Source: Candidatus Saganbacteria bacterium (GTDB taxonomy: Bacteria > Margulisbacteria > WOR-1 > XYC2-FULL-46-14 > WPAF01). From it: a stretch of 64,000 bases of DNA. Numbering within the stretch: the stretch's first letter is position 1; every line of letters begins with the position of its first letter. Below are positions 36,880-46,600 of the stretch, one piece after another. The notes beneath the pieces were generated by a model. It did no database searches. It had not been told where the DNA came from and worked only from the letters and a program-made list of their open reading frames with translations. The stretch lies in NCBI GenBank assembly GCA_016223205.1, contig JACRPM010000010.1, positions 26,441-90,440 of the forward strand. The letters are read 5' to 3'. Both the position numbers and the translations under genes were made by a program.

Positions 36880-37573
36880 AACAGTCGTCATCATGCCCGC
36901 CTATAACGCCGAGAAGACACTGGAAAAGACCTACCGGGATATCCCCAAGGACCAGGTCTCCGAGATCATTTTGGGGGATGATTGTTCACAGGACAAAACA
37001 ATTGAAATCGCCGAAAAGTTGGGCATTCGCGTCCTTAAAACCCCGCACAACCTGGGTTACGGCGGCAACCAGAAAATGCTGTATCGGGAAGCCCTCAAGA
37101 GGGGAGCGGATGTGATCGTGATGGTGCATCCCGACTGGCAGTACGATGCCACTAAAATTCCGGAGATGGTCGCGCCCATTGCGGCCGGAGAAAAAGACGT
37201 TATGATGGGCTCGAGGGTGCTGGGCGGGGGGACGCTGGCGGGGGGCATGCCCATCTGGAAATACATCAGCAACCGCTTCCTCACCTGGTGTGAGAATATG
37301 ACTTTTCGTCTTGATCTTTCCGAATACCACACCGGCTTCCGCGCTTTTTCCCGCAAGGTATTGGAAACCATCCCTTTTGAGAAGAATTCCAACGATTTTG
37401 TCTTTGACACCGAGGTTCTGGCGGAGGCGGCCCGGAAAAAATTCAGGGCCGGGGAGATCGCAGTACCCTGCCGCTATTTTTCCGAGGCCTCGGAGATCAA
37501 TTTTGTCCGCAGTTCGGTCTACGGTCTGCAGACCTTATGGGTATGTCTTAAGTATTGGTTGAATCTCATATGA
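36872..37573 (+). CDS. Family 2 glycosyltransferase (polyprenyl-phosphate sugar transferase-like)
   Basis: VVIMPAYNAEKTL...GDDCSQDKT GT-A DxD context. 233 aa. The current GTG start lies inside the inserted DUF1016 element. Confidence 0.8.
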   Translation: MLKTVVIMPAYNAEKTLEKTYRDIPKDQVSEIILGDDCSQDKTIEIAEKLGIRVLKTPHNLGYGGNQKMLYREALKRGADVIVMVHPDWQYDATKIPEMVAPIAAGEKDVMMGSRVLGGGTLAGGMPIWKYISNRFLTWCENMTFRLDLSEYHTGFRAFSRKVLETIPFEKNSNDFVFDTEVLAEAARKKFRAGEIAVPCRYFSEASEINFVRSSVYGLQTLWVCLKYWLNLI

Positions 37574-38076
37574 AAAACCGCCGCGGATTCACCCTTATCG
37601 AAGCCGCTTCCGTGATCGTCATTCTTATGATACTGGCCGTGGGAAGCTTCGTCTACATCGGTTTTACCAACGGCATCAAGCTTGATGCCGCCGCAAACAA
37701 GCTGGCCGCCGACATCCGCTACGCCCAATCCCGCGCCATGAGCTATACCGTCTGGCACGGCGTGATCTTTAACGTTAATCCGACCAACACCTATTCGGTA
37801 TATTCGACCGACGGATCGACCGATACCGTGGTCGAAGATCCCGCCAAGCTCGCCTCCAACCTCACGGTGAATTTAAATACCGCTTATGGGGCCACCATCA
37901 ACAGCGTCAGCATCCAGGAAGGCGGGAATAAGATAGAATTTTCCCCGTTGGGCGCGCCCTGGACGGACAAGAACGGCATGCTATTAAGCTCCGAGGCCGG
38001 CGTGGTGATCGGCCTGGCCGGGCAGACCAAGACGATTACCATAACCCAGAACACCGGCAAGGTGAACGTGGAATGA
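37555..38076 (+). CDS. Type IV pilin / pseudopilin (prepilin N-terminal cleavage-methylation domain)
   Basis: RRGFTLIEAASVIVILMILAVGSF class III signal. Likely true start MKNRRG at about 37570. Confidence 0.75.
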   Translation: MVESHMKNRRGFTLIEAASVIVILMILAVGSFVYIGFTNGIKLDAAANKLAADIRYAQSRAMSYTVWHGVIFNVNPTNTYSVYSTDGSTDTVVEDPAKLASNLTVNLNTAYGATINSVSIQEGGNKIEFSPLGAPWTDKNGMLLSSEAGVVIGLAGQTKTITITQNTGKVNVE

Positions 38077-38462
38077 GAAAGACGGGATTTTCCCTGGTCG
38101 AACTGATCATTGCCGTAGTGGTGATCGGCATCGCTTTTTATGCTTTGATCTCGGTCTTTATCACGGTGGCGCCGCGCAACGTGAACGTGGAGGATATAAC
38201 CAAGGCCACCCACCTGGCCTTTGAAAAGATGGAAGAGACCACGGTCAAGCCCTTTACCAGCGTGGCCTCCGTTTCGGCCACCAGCTTCACCGGAGATTTT
38301 TCCAATTTCCAGTATCAGGTGATCATGAATTATGTGACCTCCTCCGAGCCGGATGTTTTAGCGCCCGGCGCGACCTCCTATAAAAGGGTTAAAGTCAGGA
38401 CCTGGGGCGGGCTTTCGGGAACGGTGGAGCTAGTGACTTTGGTAACAACTTATGAATTCTAG
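38073..38462 (+). CDS. Minor pilin / pseudopilin
   Basis: MRKTGFSLVELIIAVVVIGIAF prepilin leader plus hydrophobic helix. A 4-nt overlap with the preceding gene. Confidence 0.75.
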   Translation: MRKTGFSLVELIIAVVVIGIAFYALISVFITVAPRNVNVEDITKATHLAFEKMEETTVKPFTSVASVSATSFTGDFSNFQYQVIMNYVTSSEPDVLAPGATSYKRVKVRTWGGLSGTVELVTLVTTYEF

Positions 38463-38934
38463 GGGATACACACTAATAGAGCTGGTTATCGTCATCACCT
38501 TGTTGGGTTTGCTTTCTTTTATTTTCGGGGCCTTTATCACCGAGTCCATGGACGCCTGGGTGTTCGTAAAAGCCCGGGAAAACGCCTTGGGCACCTCACG
38601 GTACGCAATAGAGAGGATGGTGACCGAAATGCGGAGGATACAGAAAGCCAACATGATCATTACCTCCACCACCTCGGAGGTAAGCTTTGTGGATATTGGG
38701 GGAGGGACGGTGACCTTTAGCCAGGAGGCCACCAACTTATGGCGGAATTCTAATATTCTGGCGACCGGGTTGGTAAGCGGGAGCGGCAACGGCTTAAGGT
38801 TCTCTTACCTGGATGCCAACGGCAACCCCACCGCGACCAAACAGAATATCCGCAGTATCCGCGTGTGGCTGAAGCTCAATAAATTCGGCCAGACCATGAT
38901 ATTGGAATCGGCGGCGAGGTTGAGGAACTTATGA
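38452..38934 (+). CDS. Minor pilin / pseudopilin (PulJ/GspJ-like)
   Basis: MNSRGYTLIELVIVITLLGLLSF prepilin-type N-terminus. Confidence 0.7.
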   Translation: MNSRGYTLIELVIVITLLGLLSFIFGAFITESMDAWVFVKARENALGTSRYAIERMVTEMRRIQKANMIITSTTSEVSFVDIGGGTVTFSQEATNLWRNSNILATGLVSGSGNGLRFSYLDANGNPTATKQNIRSIRVWLKLNKFGQTMILESAARLRNL

Positions 38935-40166
38935 AGAAAAACCGGGGTTTTGCGCTGATTGTGGCGATCTTTGTGGTGGTGGTCTTTGCCGTGCTGGGGG
39001 TGGTGGCGGTCTCTTTGCTTTCGGGCGAGAGCATTATGGCCATGCGGGACCTGCACGGCATCCAGGCGCTGGAGCTGGCCGAGGCCGGGCTCAAGCACGC
39101 CCTGGCATATCAATTGTCCGGCGATGACGATTGGTCGGACAACACCGGATATTCCAAGAACCTTTCGCCGGGTTCTTTTACGATCTCCTACACTTATAAT
39201 ACTAAGAACCGGGTGACCTTGCAGGTTACCGGGGTGGTGTCGGGGGTTTCGCGCACCATCCAATCCACGGTCAAAAGGGGAGGCCTGCCGGCGGCGTTCG
39301 GTTACGGCATGTATTCCGCCAACCAAGGCGGCGACCCGCTGGTAATAGAAAATTCCGCCACCATCTTCGGGGATTTCTATTTCAAGGGCGATGTTACCAT
39401 GAAAAACAGCTCACGCTTGCTGAACGGTACCATGTACAGCGATTCCTTGACTTTGTTGAACTCGGCGACCTGCGCCTCCTGGGAGCCCGCCCCCGACGTG
39501 CCTCTGCCGACTCTCGAAACCGGCTATTACGACACCCTGCTGGCGGAGACCACCAGGTCCGCTTCTTCCTCATTAAGAATGAGCAGCGGCACCCTGGCTT
39601 TGGCGGGAACGACCCGGTATTACACCAGCATCAATCTTTCCGGCTCCGCTATCGTGACCGGGCCGGGAATGCTGGTGGCCACTACCGGCAACTTCACTTT
39701 ACAGAACAGCGCGCGATTAGGCGATAACATTATTGTGGTTGCCAAACAACAGGCCTCTTTTCAAAATTCCGCCCAGGTGGGCAACGATGTTAAGATAGTA
39801 GCCAATGATGACATCAATATAAATAATGGACAAAATTTTCTTCCCGAAGCGCTGATCTTTTCTTATGGGAATATTGATTTTGATAACACCTCATATTACT
39901 ACGGCAGTTTCATTTGTCCTAACGGCCAGGTGTCGTCGCTCAACTCCACGAAGTTTAGAGGGTTGATCTACGCGGGGACCATCGATATGCTCAATTCAAC
40001 CAACCTAATTGGGAGTATCGTGCTCCGGGAGGGCATCAGCCATTTCCGCAATAGCTCCACCGTAACTTATGATCCATCTTACTTGCCCACCGAATGGCCG
40101 CCGGGGCTCGAAGGCGGGGTTGGGGCTTCTGAAGAGGGGACTTCCGATTGGCTGGAGGTCTATTAG
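38931..40166 (+). CDS. Large minor pilin (PilX-like) with prepilin-type N-terminus and beta-helix-like repetitive C-terminal region
   Basis: MKKNRGFALIVAIFVVVVFAVLGVVAV. Repetitive NSA/NS-rich segments. Confidence 0.65.
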   Translation: MKKNRGFALIVAIFVVVVFAVLGVVAVSLLSGESIMAMRDLHGIQALELAEAGLKHALAYQLSGDDDWSDNTGYSKNLSPGSFTISYTYNTKNRVTLQVTGVVSGVSRTIQSTVKRGGLPAAFGYGMYSANQGGDPLVIENSATIFGDFYFKGDVTMKNSSRLLNGTMYSDSLTLLNSATCASWEPAPDVPLPTLETGYYDTLLAETTRSASSSLRMSSGTLALAGTTRYYTSINLSGSAIVTGPGMLVATTGNFTLQNSARLGDNIIVVAKQQASFQNSAQVGNDVKIVANDDININNGQNFLPEALIFSYGNIDFDNTSYYYGSFICPNGQVSSLNSTKFRGLIYAGTIDMLNSTNLIGSIVLREGISHFRNSSTVTYDPSYLPTEWPPGLEGGVGASEEGTSDWLEVY

Positions 40167-40378
40167 ATCGGATTCCCTTTTATGATGGGAATTATATATT
40201 CCCTTATATTAGAGGTCAACTTTTCGGCCGCGGCTTGGATCTTAAGCAGCCGGTCTTTTTGAACGTGGCTCAATTCCCCGGAAAGGCCTTCGAGCAGGAT
40301 GCTCACCTGGCCGAGAATGATGGTGGTCGGCTCCAGCAGTTTGTGCTGTAACACCCTCTCATCTATTGGCTGATCCAC
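40163..40378 (-). CDS. Small ORF, possible HisKA-like dimerisation fragment (remnant histidine kinase?)
   Basis: ILGQVSILLEGLSGELSHVQKDRLLKIQAAAEKL resembles a His-phosphotransfer helix. 71 aa. Overlaps the response-regulator gene by 16 nt. No catalytic domain follows. Confidence 0.2.
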   Translation of the reverse strand: MDQPIDERVLQHKLLEPTTIILGQVSILLEGLSGELSHVQKDRLLKIQAAAEKLTSNIREYIIPIIKGNPI

Positions 40379-40725
40379 TTCTTGATCCTTTGCATAAGAT
40401 CCGCGGGATCGAAGGGCTTGGCCACGTAATCGTTCATGCCCACCCCTTCACTGCGTTTGTGATTGGCCTCATCCTTAAGGACGGTCACCGCGATCACCGG
40501 GATATTGTTCCCGTCTTTCCTGATCTTCCGGCAAAATTCAAATCCATCCATACCGGGCAGCATCAAGTCCAGCAGGATCAGATCGGGCTTCTCGTGGGTG
40601 AGTTTGGTTAAGCCCTGCTCCGCGTCCGGGGCGGATATGGCCTGGTAACCATGCGCTTCGACCAGATCTTCGAGCAAGGTTACTATCTCCGGAGCATCAT
40701 CAATGATCAGGACTTTCTTTTTCAT
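40363..40725 (-). CDS. Single-domain response regulator (CheY-like receiver)
   Basis: KVLIIDDAPE...DLILLDLMLPGMDGFEF...K. 120 aa. Confidence 0.85.
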   Translation of the reverse strand: MKKKVLIIDDAPEIVTLLEDLVEAHGYQAISAPDAEQGLTKLTHEKPDLILLDLMLPGMDGFEFCRKIRKDGNNIPVIAVTVLKDEANHKRSEGVGMNDYVAKPFDPADLMQRIKKWISQ

Positions 40726-42191
40726 GTTTTCTTTTCCCCCTCAACTACATTATACCCTTCACCGGCGGTCTCGCCGATCACGTTCAGGTCGTGGCGGATG
40801 GCGTCGGTGATCACCCAATCGCAGACCTTAAGTATCATGCGCGGCACACCCTGGCTCATCTTATAAATATTCTCGACCGATTCCGGGGTGAACGGCTTAA
40901 GGCCGGTTCCTCCCGAGTTCTCGATCCTCTTTTGCATCATCTCTTCGGTCTCCTTAACGGAGAGATGCTCCAAGGTCACTTCCAAAATAATGCGGTCGTA
41001 AAATGGAGCGCTCACGCACTTGATCTTGTCCGAGGTCTCCAGTAATCCTGCCAGCACAAAATTTACCCCATTTAGGTCGCCCAGGGTGCGGAGCGGCCGC
41101 TCGAATTCGGCCGAGAACTCATGGGCTTCGTCGAGAAACAATAGGATGTTCTTCTGGGTGGTGCTGGCCAGGGATTCCAGATCGTAGATGGTGAACCGGC
41201 GGTCCTTGGGCTTTTTCAATTTGAGCGATGCGGCCAAGAATTCCAGCAAGTCGTCGAAATTATCGGTGGGGCGGGGGATATAGATAGTATGATAATCGTC
41301 TTTGAGCTTGTCGGCCAGCCACTTGAGCAGGGTGGTCTTGCCTACGCCCTTATTGCCGCAAACCAGGACATGTCCGCTTTTAAGGCAGATCTTCTCAAGG
41401 ATATTCTGCACCTGGGTCTGGTAACCGGTAAAAAGATTGGGTAGGATATCCAGGGTAAAGGGATTGCGCTTCCAGCCGAACTTGGCGTACCACTTGCGCT
41501 GGGCCGCGGTGACCCCGGTCCAGGGCTTGAGCCGCGCGCCGCACTTGGCGCAAAATTCGGCCGCTCCGGGATTGGACCACTTGCATTCGGTGCAGATCTG
41601 CAGTTTTTTCTTTTCCAGATAATCCCGGATATTGGTGTAAGTTATGCGGATAAGCAGAAGAAGGGTCAGGACCGATACCACTCCCATCCACAAGGATATT
41701 TGCTGGATCAGATTTGCGGTAACGGCGGTTGCGGCGGGTGGTTTCTGCGGCCTAAAAAGCGGCGCCCTGGGCTCCTCTTTTTGGGGTTCTTCCTTTTTGG
41801 GCTTGGGCAGGGTAGGAGGCAGAACCTGTCTTAAGCTGGGGAAGGCGGGTTTTTCCTGTACTTTGGGTGGAGGCGGGGGAGGAGCGGCCGGTCCCATCTC
41901 CTTTTTGATCTCATTTTGCAGTTCCATGGCCCGGGTGTGGTTGGGATCGAGCTTCAGCGCCTCGCCCAGGTCCTTAAGGGCGCCTTCGTTATCGCCCAGG
42001 AAGTATTTATTTACCGCGCGGTCGTAGTGGTCGTCTGCGCTTTGGGCGTATCCGGGAGCTTGAAAGCTAATCATCAAAAAACAAACAACAAAAAACAAAC
42101 AAATACCAATATCCATTATCCAATATTTAAATTGAGATTTGGAATTTTGAAATTGTTTGTTATTTGTCATTTGTAATTTATTATTTTTCAT
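40722..42191 (-). CDS. Membrane-anchored TPR / Pro-rich linker / TM / zinc-ribbon / AAA+ ATPase (ExeA/GspA-like)
   Basis: N-terminal TM helix plus TPR (ALKDLGEALKLDPNHTRAMEL). PPPPPPP linker. Second TM helix. CTECK...CAKCG zinc ribbon. Walker A CGNKGVGKTTLLKW and Walker B LLFLDEAHE. Confidence 0.6.
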   Translation of the reverse strand: MKNNKLQMTNNKQFQNSKSQFKYWIMDIGICLFFVVCFLMISFQAPGYAQSADDHYDRAVNKYFLGDNEGALKDLGEALKLDPNHTRAMELQNEIKKEMGPAAPPPPPPKVQEKPAFPSLRQVLPPTLPKPKKEEPQKEEPRAPLFRPQKPPAATAVTANLIQQISLWMGVVSVLTLLLLIRITYTNIRDYLEKKKLQICTECKWSNPGAAEFCAKCGARLKPWTGVTAAQRKWYAKFGWKRNPFTLDILPNLFTGYQTQVQNILEKICLKSGHVLVCGNKGVGKTTLLKWLADKLKDDYHTIYIPRPTDNFDDLLEFLAASLKLKKPKDRRFTIYDLESLASTTQKNILLFLDEAHEFSAEFERPLRTLGDLNGVNFVLAGLLETSDKIKCVSAPFYDRIILEVTLEHLSVKETEEMMQKRIENSGGTGLKPFTPESVENIYKMSQGVPRMILKVCDWVITDAIRHDLNVIGETAGEGYNVVEGEKKT

Positions 42192-43645
42192 TACTTCTTC
42201 TCCAATTTCATGATCAATTGCAGTTTTTTCTGCAGGGCCTGGGCCTGTTTGTTTTTGGGATCCTTGGAGAGCGAGGCATCCACCTGCTCCAGGGCTTCCT
42301 TGTACTTGCCGGTCACCACCAGCTTCAGGGCTTCGCCCAAAAAGCTGCGGGCCTGCTCCTGGCTCTGCTCGATAAGCTGGCTCTCCATTTTGGTCTGGGC
42401 CTCGCTTTGGAGCCGCAGGGCCTCACGGTTGGTGGGCTCGATCCTCAAGGCCTTGCTGAATTCCGCCAGGGCCTCCAAATACTTGCCCTGGGATAAAAAT
42501 CCCTTGCCGGAAGACATTATATCATTGATATCGCGTTTGATCTCAACCGCCAGTTCTGCGAAGACCTTCTCAAAGGCCTCTCTTTCGAGCTCGGCCTGGG
42601 CTTTTTTCAGGAGTATCAGGCCTTCTTCGTTCTTGGGGTCGAGGGTGTTAACCTTTTCAAATCTTATAACCGCATCGGAATATTTTTTCTTATCAAGATA
42701 GGCCTTGCCCAGCGCCAGGTTATCCAAGATGAGCTTCTTGGACTTATCTTCGGCGCCGAAAAGCAGGCTGATGCTCACCTGGTGCGCGGCTCCCAGATCG
42801 GCGTGGCCCAGGTAAGCGTAGTCGAAGGCGAAGAGATTGGCATACAGGCCCAGCCCGGCGCGCAAAGTCCCGCCCGCCGAACCCACTCTTATGGCCAAGA
42901 AATTGCGGATCAAATATTCGGCCCCCAAATTGATCCGCAGGCCTTCGGGGAAAGACACCAGATCGGAATTAAGATTGATATTTTCATCGAAAAGCCGGGT
43001 GGCGAAGGCCGCCCCCAGGCGGTAAGAAGCGGGGAGAGGCGTGTTTTCGGTGACGAATTTTAAGGGGGAGCCCAGATTAAGCGCCGAAACCCCCAGGCAA
43101 AACTGGGAATTGACGCGGTAAGCCAAGCCGCCGTCCAGGGCGAAGGTGGAAGCGGAGCTCCCTTCCAATTTTTCCGAGATCGATTTTACCCCCAAACCGA
43201 ACGAGAGGTTGGGGGTTATCCTTCTGCCCAGGGAAAGATTGATACTGCTGTGAGCGGTGTTAAAGGTGGAGGTTACCGCTCCGGTATTATCGTATCCTTG
43301 TATATCTCCTGAAGATAAGCCCGAATAGCCGATCCCCAGCACCCCGAAATTAACCGGGTACGCGGCTCCCACGATCATCTGGCTGGCGCCGACGAAGTGG
43401 CTGTTGTACAGGCTCAAGACCTCGGGGAAATTAAGCTGGGCCAGGCCCGCCGGGTTATAATACATGGCTGAAATGTCATCCGCTTGCGCTACATAGGCCT
43501 CGCCCATCCCCAAAGGTCTGGCTCCACCGCCTAAGCGGAGAAAATCAGCGCCGGAACTGGAACCAACGCCCGCCTCCGATGGAATAACCAATGAACAAGC
43601 TACAAAAGACAAACAAATAATAAATATCAATTTCCAATTTCTCAT
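42191..43645 (-). CDS. FadL/OmpP1-family (PorV-like) outer-membrane beta-barrel with C-terminal TPR repeats
   Basis: Signal peptide. Motif GGGARPLGMGEAYVAQADDISAMYYNPAGLA. C-terminal 150 aa TPR-like (YLDKKKYSDAVIRFEKVNTLDPKNEEG...). Start overlaps the stop of the upstream cargo gene by 4 nt. Confidence 0.55.
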   Translation of the reverse strand: MRNWKLIFIICLSFVACSLVIPSEAGVGSSSGADFLRLGGGARPLGMGEAYVAQADDISAMYYNPAGLAQLNFPEVLSLYNSHFVGASQMIVGAAYPVNFGVLGIGYSGLSSGDIQGYDNTGAVTSTFNTAHSSINLSLGRRITPNLSFGLGVKSISEKLEGSSASTFALDGGLAYRVNSQFCLGVSALNLGSPLKFVTENTPLPASYRLGAAFATRLFDENINLNSDLVSFPEGLRINLGAEYLIRNFLAIRVGSAGGTLRAGLGLYANLFAFDYAYLGHADLGAAHQVSISLLFGAEDKSKKLILDNLALGKAYLDKKKYSDAVIRFEKVNTLDPKNEEGLILLKKAQAELEREAFEKVFAELAVEIKRDINDIMSSGKGFLSQGKYLEALAEFSKALRIEPTNREALRLQSEAQTKMESQLIEQSQEQARSFLGEALKLVVTGKYKEALEQVDASLSKDPKNKQAQALQKKLQLIMKLEKK

Positions 43646-46600
43646 CTAATTATCACTAATTTGCCTAATTTTTGATCGGTGGCGCTCTTAATAGCATAAA
43701 AATACAAGCCACTCACCACATTTTCTCCCGCGTCGTTTTTGACGTCCCACGCGTTCTGCCCGTCGCCGTCGGATTCATTGATGGTCTTGACCGCATCTCC
43801 GCTCACGGTGAAGATCTTGATGGTGCACTGGGAAGCCAGGTTGGTGAAAGTTATGGTGGTGTGGCCCAGGCCGGAATTGGGTTTAAAAGGATTGGGATAA
43901 GCGTAAGCGATCGACAGGTCGTTGGCCGGCGTGGCCATGGCGGTGAAAGTCGAAAAGCTTTTAACCGGGGCGGATACCAGCTTGGTGGAGGTGTCTACCA
44001 CGCAGCCTGGGACTCTAACCCAGAGTTGACTGGTTTCATTTAAACGATAATTGAGCAGGGCCGAGACCCTGGCCGGCGGAGTCACGTTATCAACGTAGCC
44101 GTCGTTGTTGTCGTCGCGATAGGGGAGGTAAATGGTCGCGTCGCTTTGGAGTTGATCGGTTATGCGAGTTCCCGAAGTATTGTAAACCACGAATTCCCTC
44201 ACATCGCCGGAGATGGGATGCCGGAAAGTGTTGCCTTCTCCCGCGATCTTGGTGGTGGCCGCGGTGATATTTGCCGGGGTTACCACGATGGGATCGCTTT
44301 CCGGATTGGTGCTGATCCTTACATAAAAATCCTGGTTATAGGCGTTGGCCGGGATCACCACTTTGGTCTTGCCGTCGTCGGCGATAACCGTTAAAGAGGC
44401 GGTATGATCCAATATTGTCTCAAATGATGCGCTGAAAGTCGTAGCCAGATGGTCGCCCACCAGATCGGCGGCTTCGGTGGAAACCGTAGCCTGATAAGTA
44501 TAGTTCTTGGTCAAGTTGGAAGTGGGAGTGAAGGTAACGGTGGTTCCCGACCAGGAATACGTCCCATCGATCTGGGTATTGAGGGTATTGCCGTCTTTGT
44601 CCCGGATAGCTTTAAGCCGCAGGGCATTTTCCACCGACGACTGGTTCATAGTTTCGGAGAAGGTGACCCTAACGGTTTCCGATGTGGCCACGCCCACTGC
44701 CAGGTCGGCAGGGGAGACGCTCGTTATAGTTGGTGTTGCCTCGGCGGTTATATTAAAAGTATTGGAGGTAGCCGAAGTTAAGCCGGTAGCGGAGGCGACC
44801 AGGGTGTAGCCGTTCCCGGCATTGTTGATGCTTAGGTTGGAAAAAGAAGCAACGCCGGATGATACGGTCTTGCTGGTGGTGCCGGAAAGTGTTCCGCTCC
44901 CTGGATTGGTGCCGATGGCAAGCGAAACGCTGGTGGTGTTATCGCTGGCCAGCAAATTGCCGTATTGATCTTGCACCTCAACACTCACCGAAGGCGACAT
45001 CGTCACTCCCGCTTCGGTGGTTGAGGGCTGAACGCTGTACGCGACCTTGCTGGCGGGGGCCGAGGCCCAGGCGGCATATCTATAAGTGATGCCGTTAGCA
45101 TTGGTCGCTAATCCTGCTGCGGCGCCCGAGCCGATCTGAAAACCATCGGATTGCAGGGCCTGGATAAGGTCGGAAGCATTGGCGGTATTGGTAAAATATT
45201 GTGCGTTATCGCCCGAAAGCGAGGAGTTCCGGAAGACGGCGTTGGTATTAGCCGTTCCTTCGGGTCTTTTTATCAATAATAATCCGGGAATAAAGCCCAC
45301 GCCGGTGATGTTGCGGTTATCGGTCGCATTTCCCACATAAGTGCTTTCTTTGAATTGGTCGGTTGTGGCTTTAAATGCGAAATAGTGGTAAAGATTGGCT
45401 GCGGTATTGGCCTGCGCGTTGGTCCCGACTTGAAAGCCGGTGGTTTCGAGGGCCTGAATTACATCCGCCGTGTCAGCAGTGACGGAGAAGTAAGCGGTAT
45501 TATCGCCTGCGATCGAAGCGGTGCGGAAAACACCTAAGCTGGCGCCGTCCCTCTTTATCGCCACAATGTCTGGGGTAAAGTCCAGGGCAGGGATTGAGCG
45601 ATTGTCGCCGACCCCGACACCGGTGCTCGTGCCGGTATAAGAGCCCACCACAAAGTTAGTAGAGCCCGAATTGCCGAAAGCTGTCCAGCGGTAAGTGATA
45701 CCGACGGTATTGACCGCAGCATTAGCTCCTATATTAAAACCAGTGCCGGTCAAAGATGTTATCCCGTCCGAAAAATTAGCGGCGGCATTGGCCAGATAGG
45801 CGGTGGAATCAGGCGTCATCTTGGAGGTTGCGAATACTCCGTAGCCCGCGGCGGTATCGGATTTCACGATCACCAGGTCCGGTCGGAAGCCCACCGAGGT
45901 GATCGACATGCTGGTGCCGTTGCCCAAATAAGATCCACTGGACATAGTGAAAGTGTTGGTAGGCGCAGTAGAAGTAACACCCCGAAAAGCCGCAAAATAA
46001 TAAGTGCTGGCGGCGGCATTTACCCGGGCATTGGTCCCGACTTGGAATCCGGCGGCCTCCAAAGTTTGGATGTGATCGACGGCGTTAGCGGTGGCAGTGA
46101 AGATCTGGCTCTCGTCACCGTAATTCTGGTTGCTGCGCAAAACCGCGGCACTGGCGGCGGCGGATTGCTTGACGAACACGAAATCCGGCTTAAAGGCGGT
46201 CTTGCTGATGGAGCGGTTATCCGTCCCGTCGCCCGTATAGCTTTCAACCGACATGCTTTCGGACGTCTTGAAGGCGACATAATAGTAAGTTGCACCGGTA
46301 GAATTTACTTCTGCATTGGCGCCTACCTGGAATCCATCCGCCTGCAAGGCCTGGATGCGGTCTGCGGCAGGAGCAGTAGCTGAAAAATAATGGCTGTTAT
46401 CCGCTCCCATGGAAGAGGTGTACCAGACCCCCAGGTAAGCCCCGTCCCGCTTGGTCCAAACCAAGTTGGGCTGGAAGCCGACCCCAGTAATATTGCGGTC
46501 ATCACTGCCATTGCCGGTATAAGAACCGATTTTTAGATTAACCCCCGTGCTGCTGCGGAACGCGATCCAGACATAGCGCGTATTGCTGACCGAATTGACA

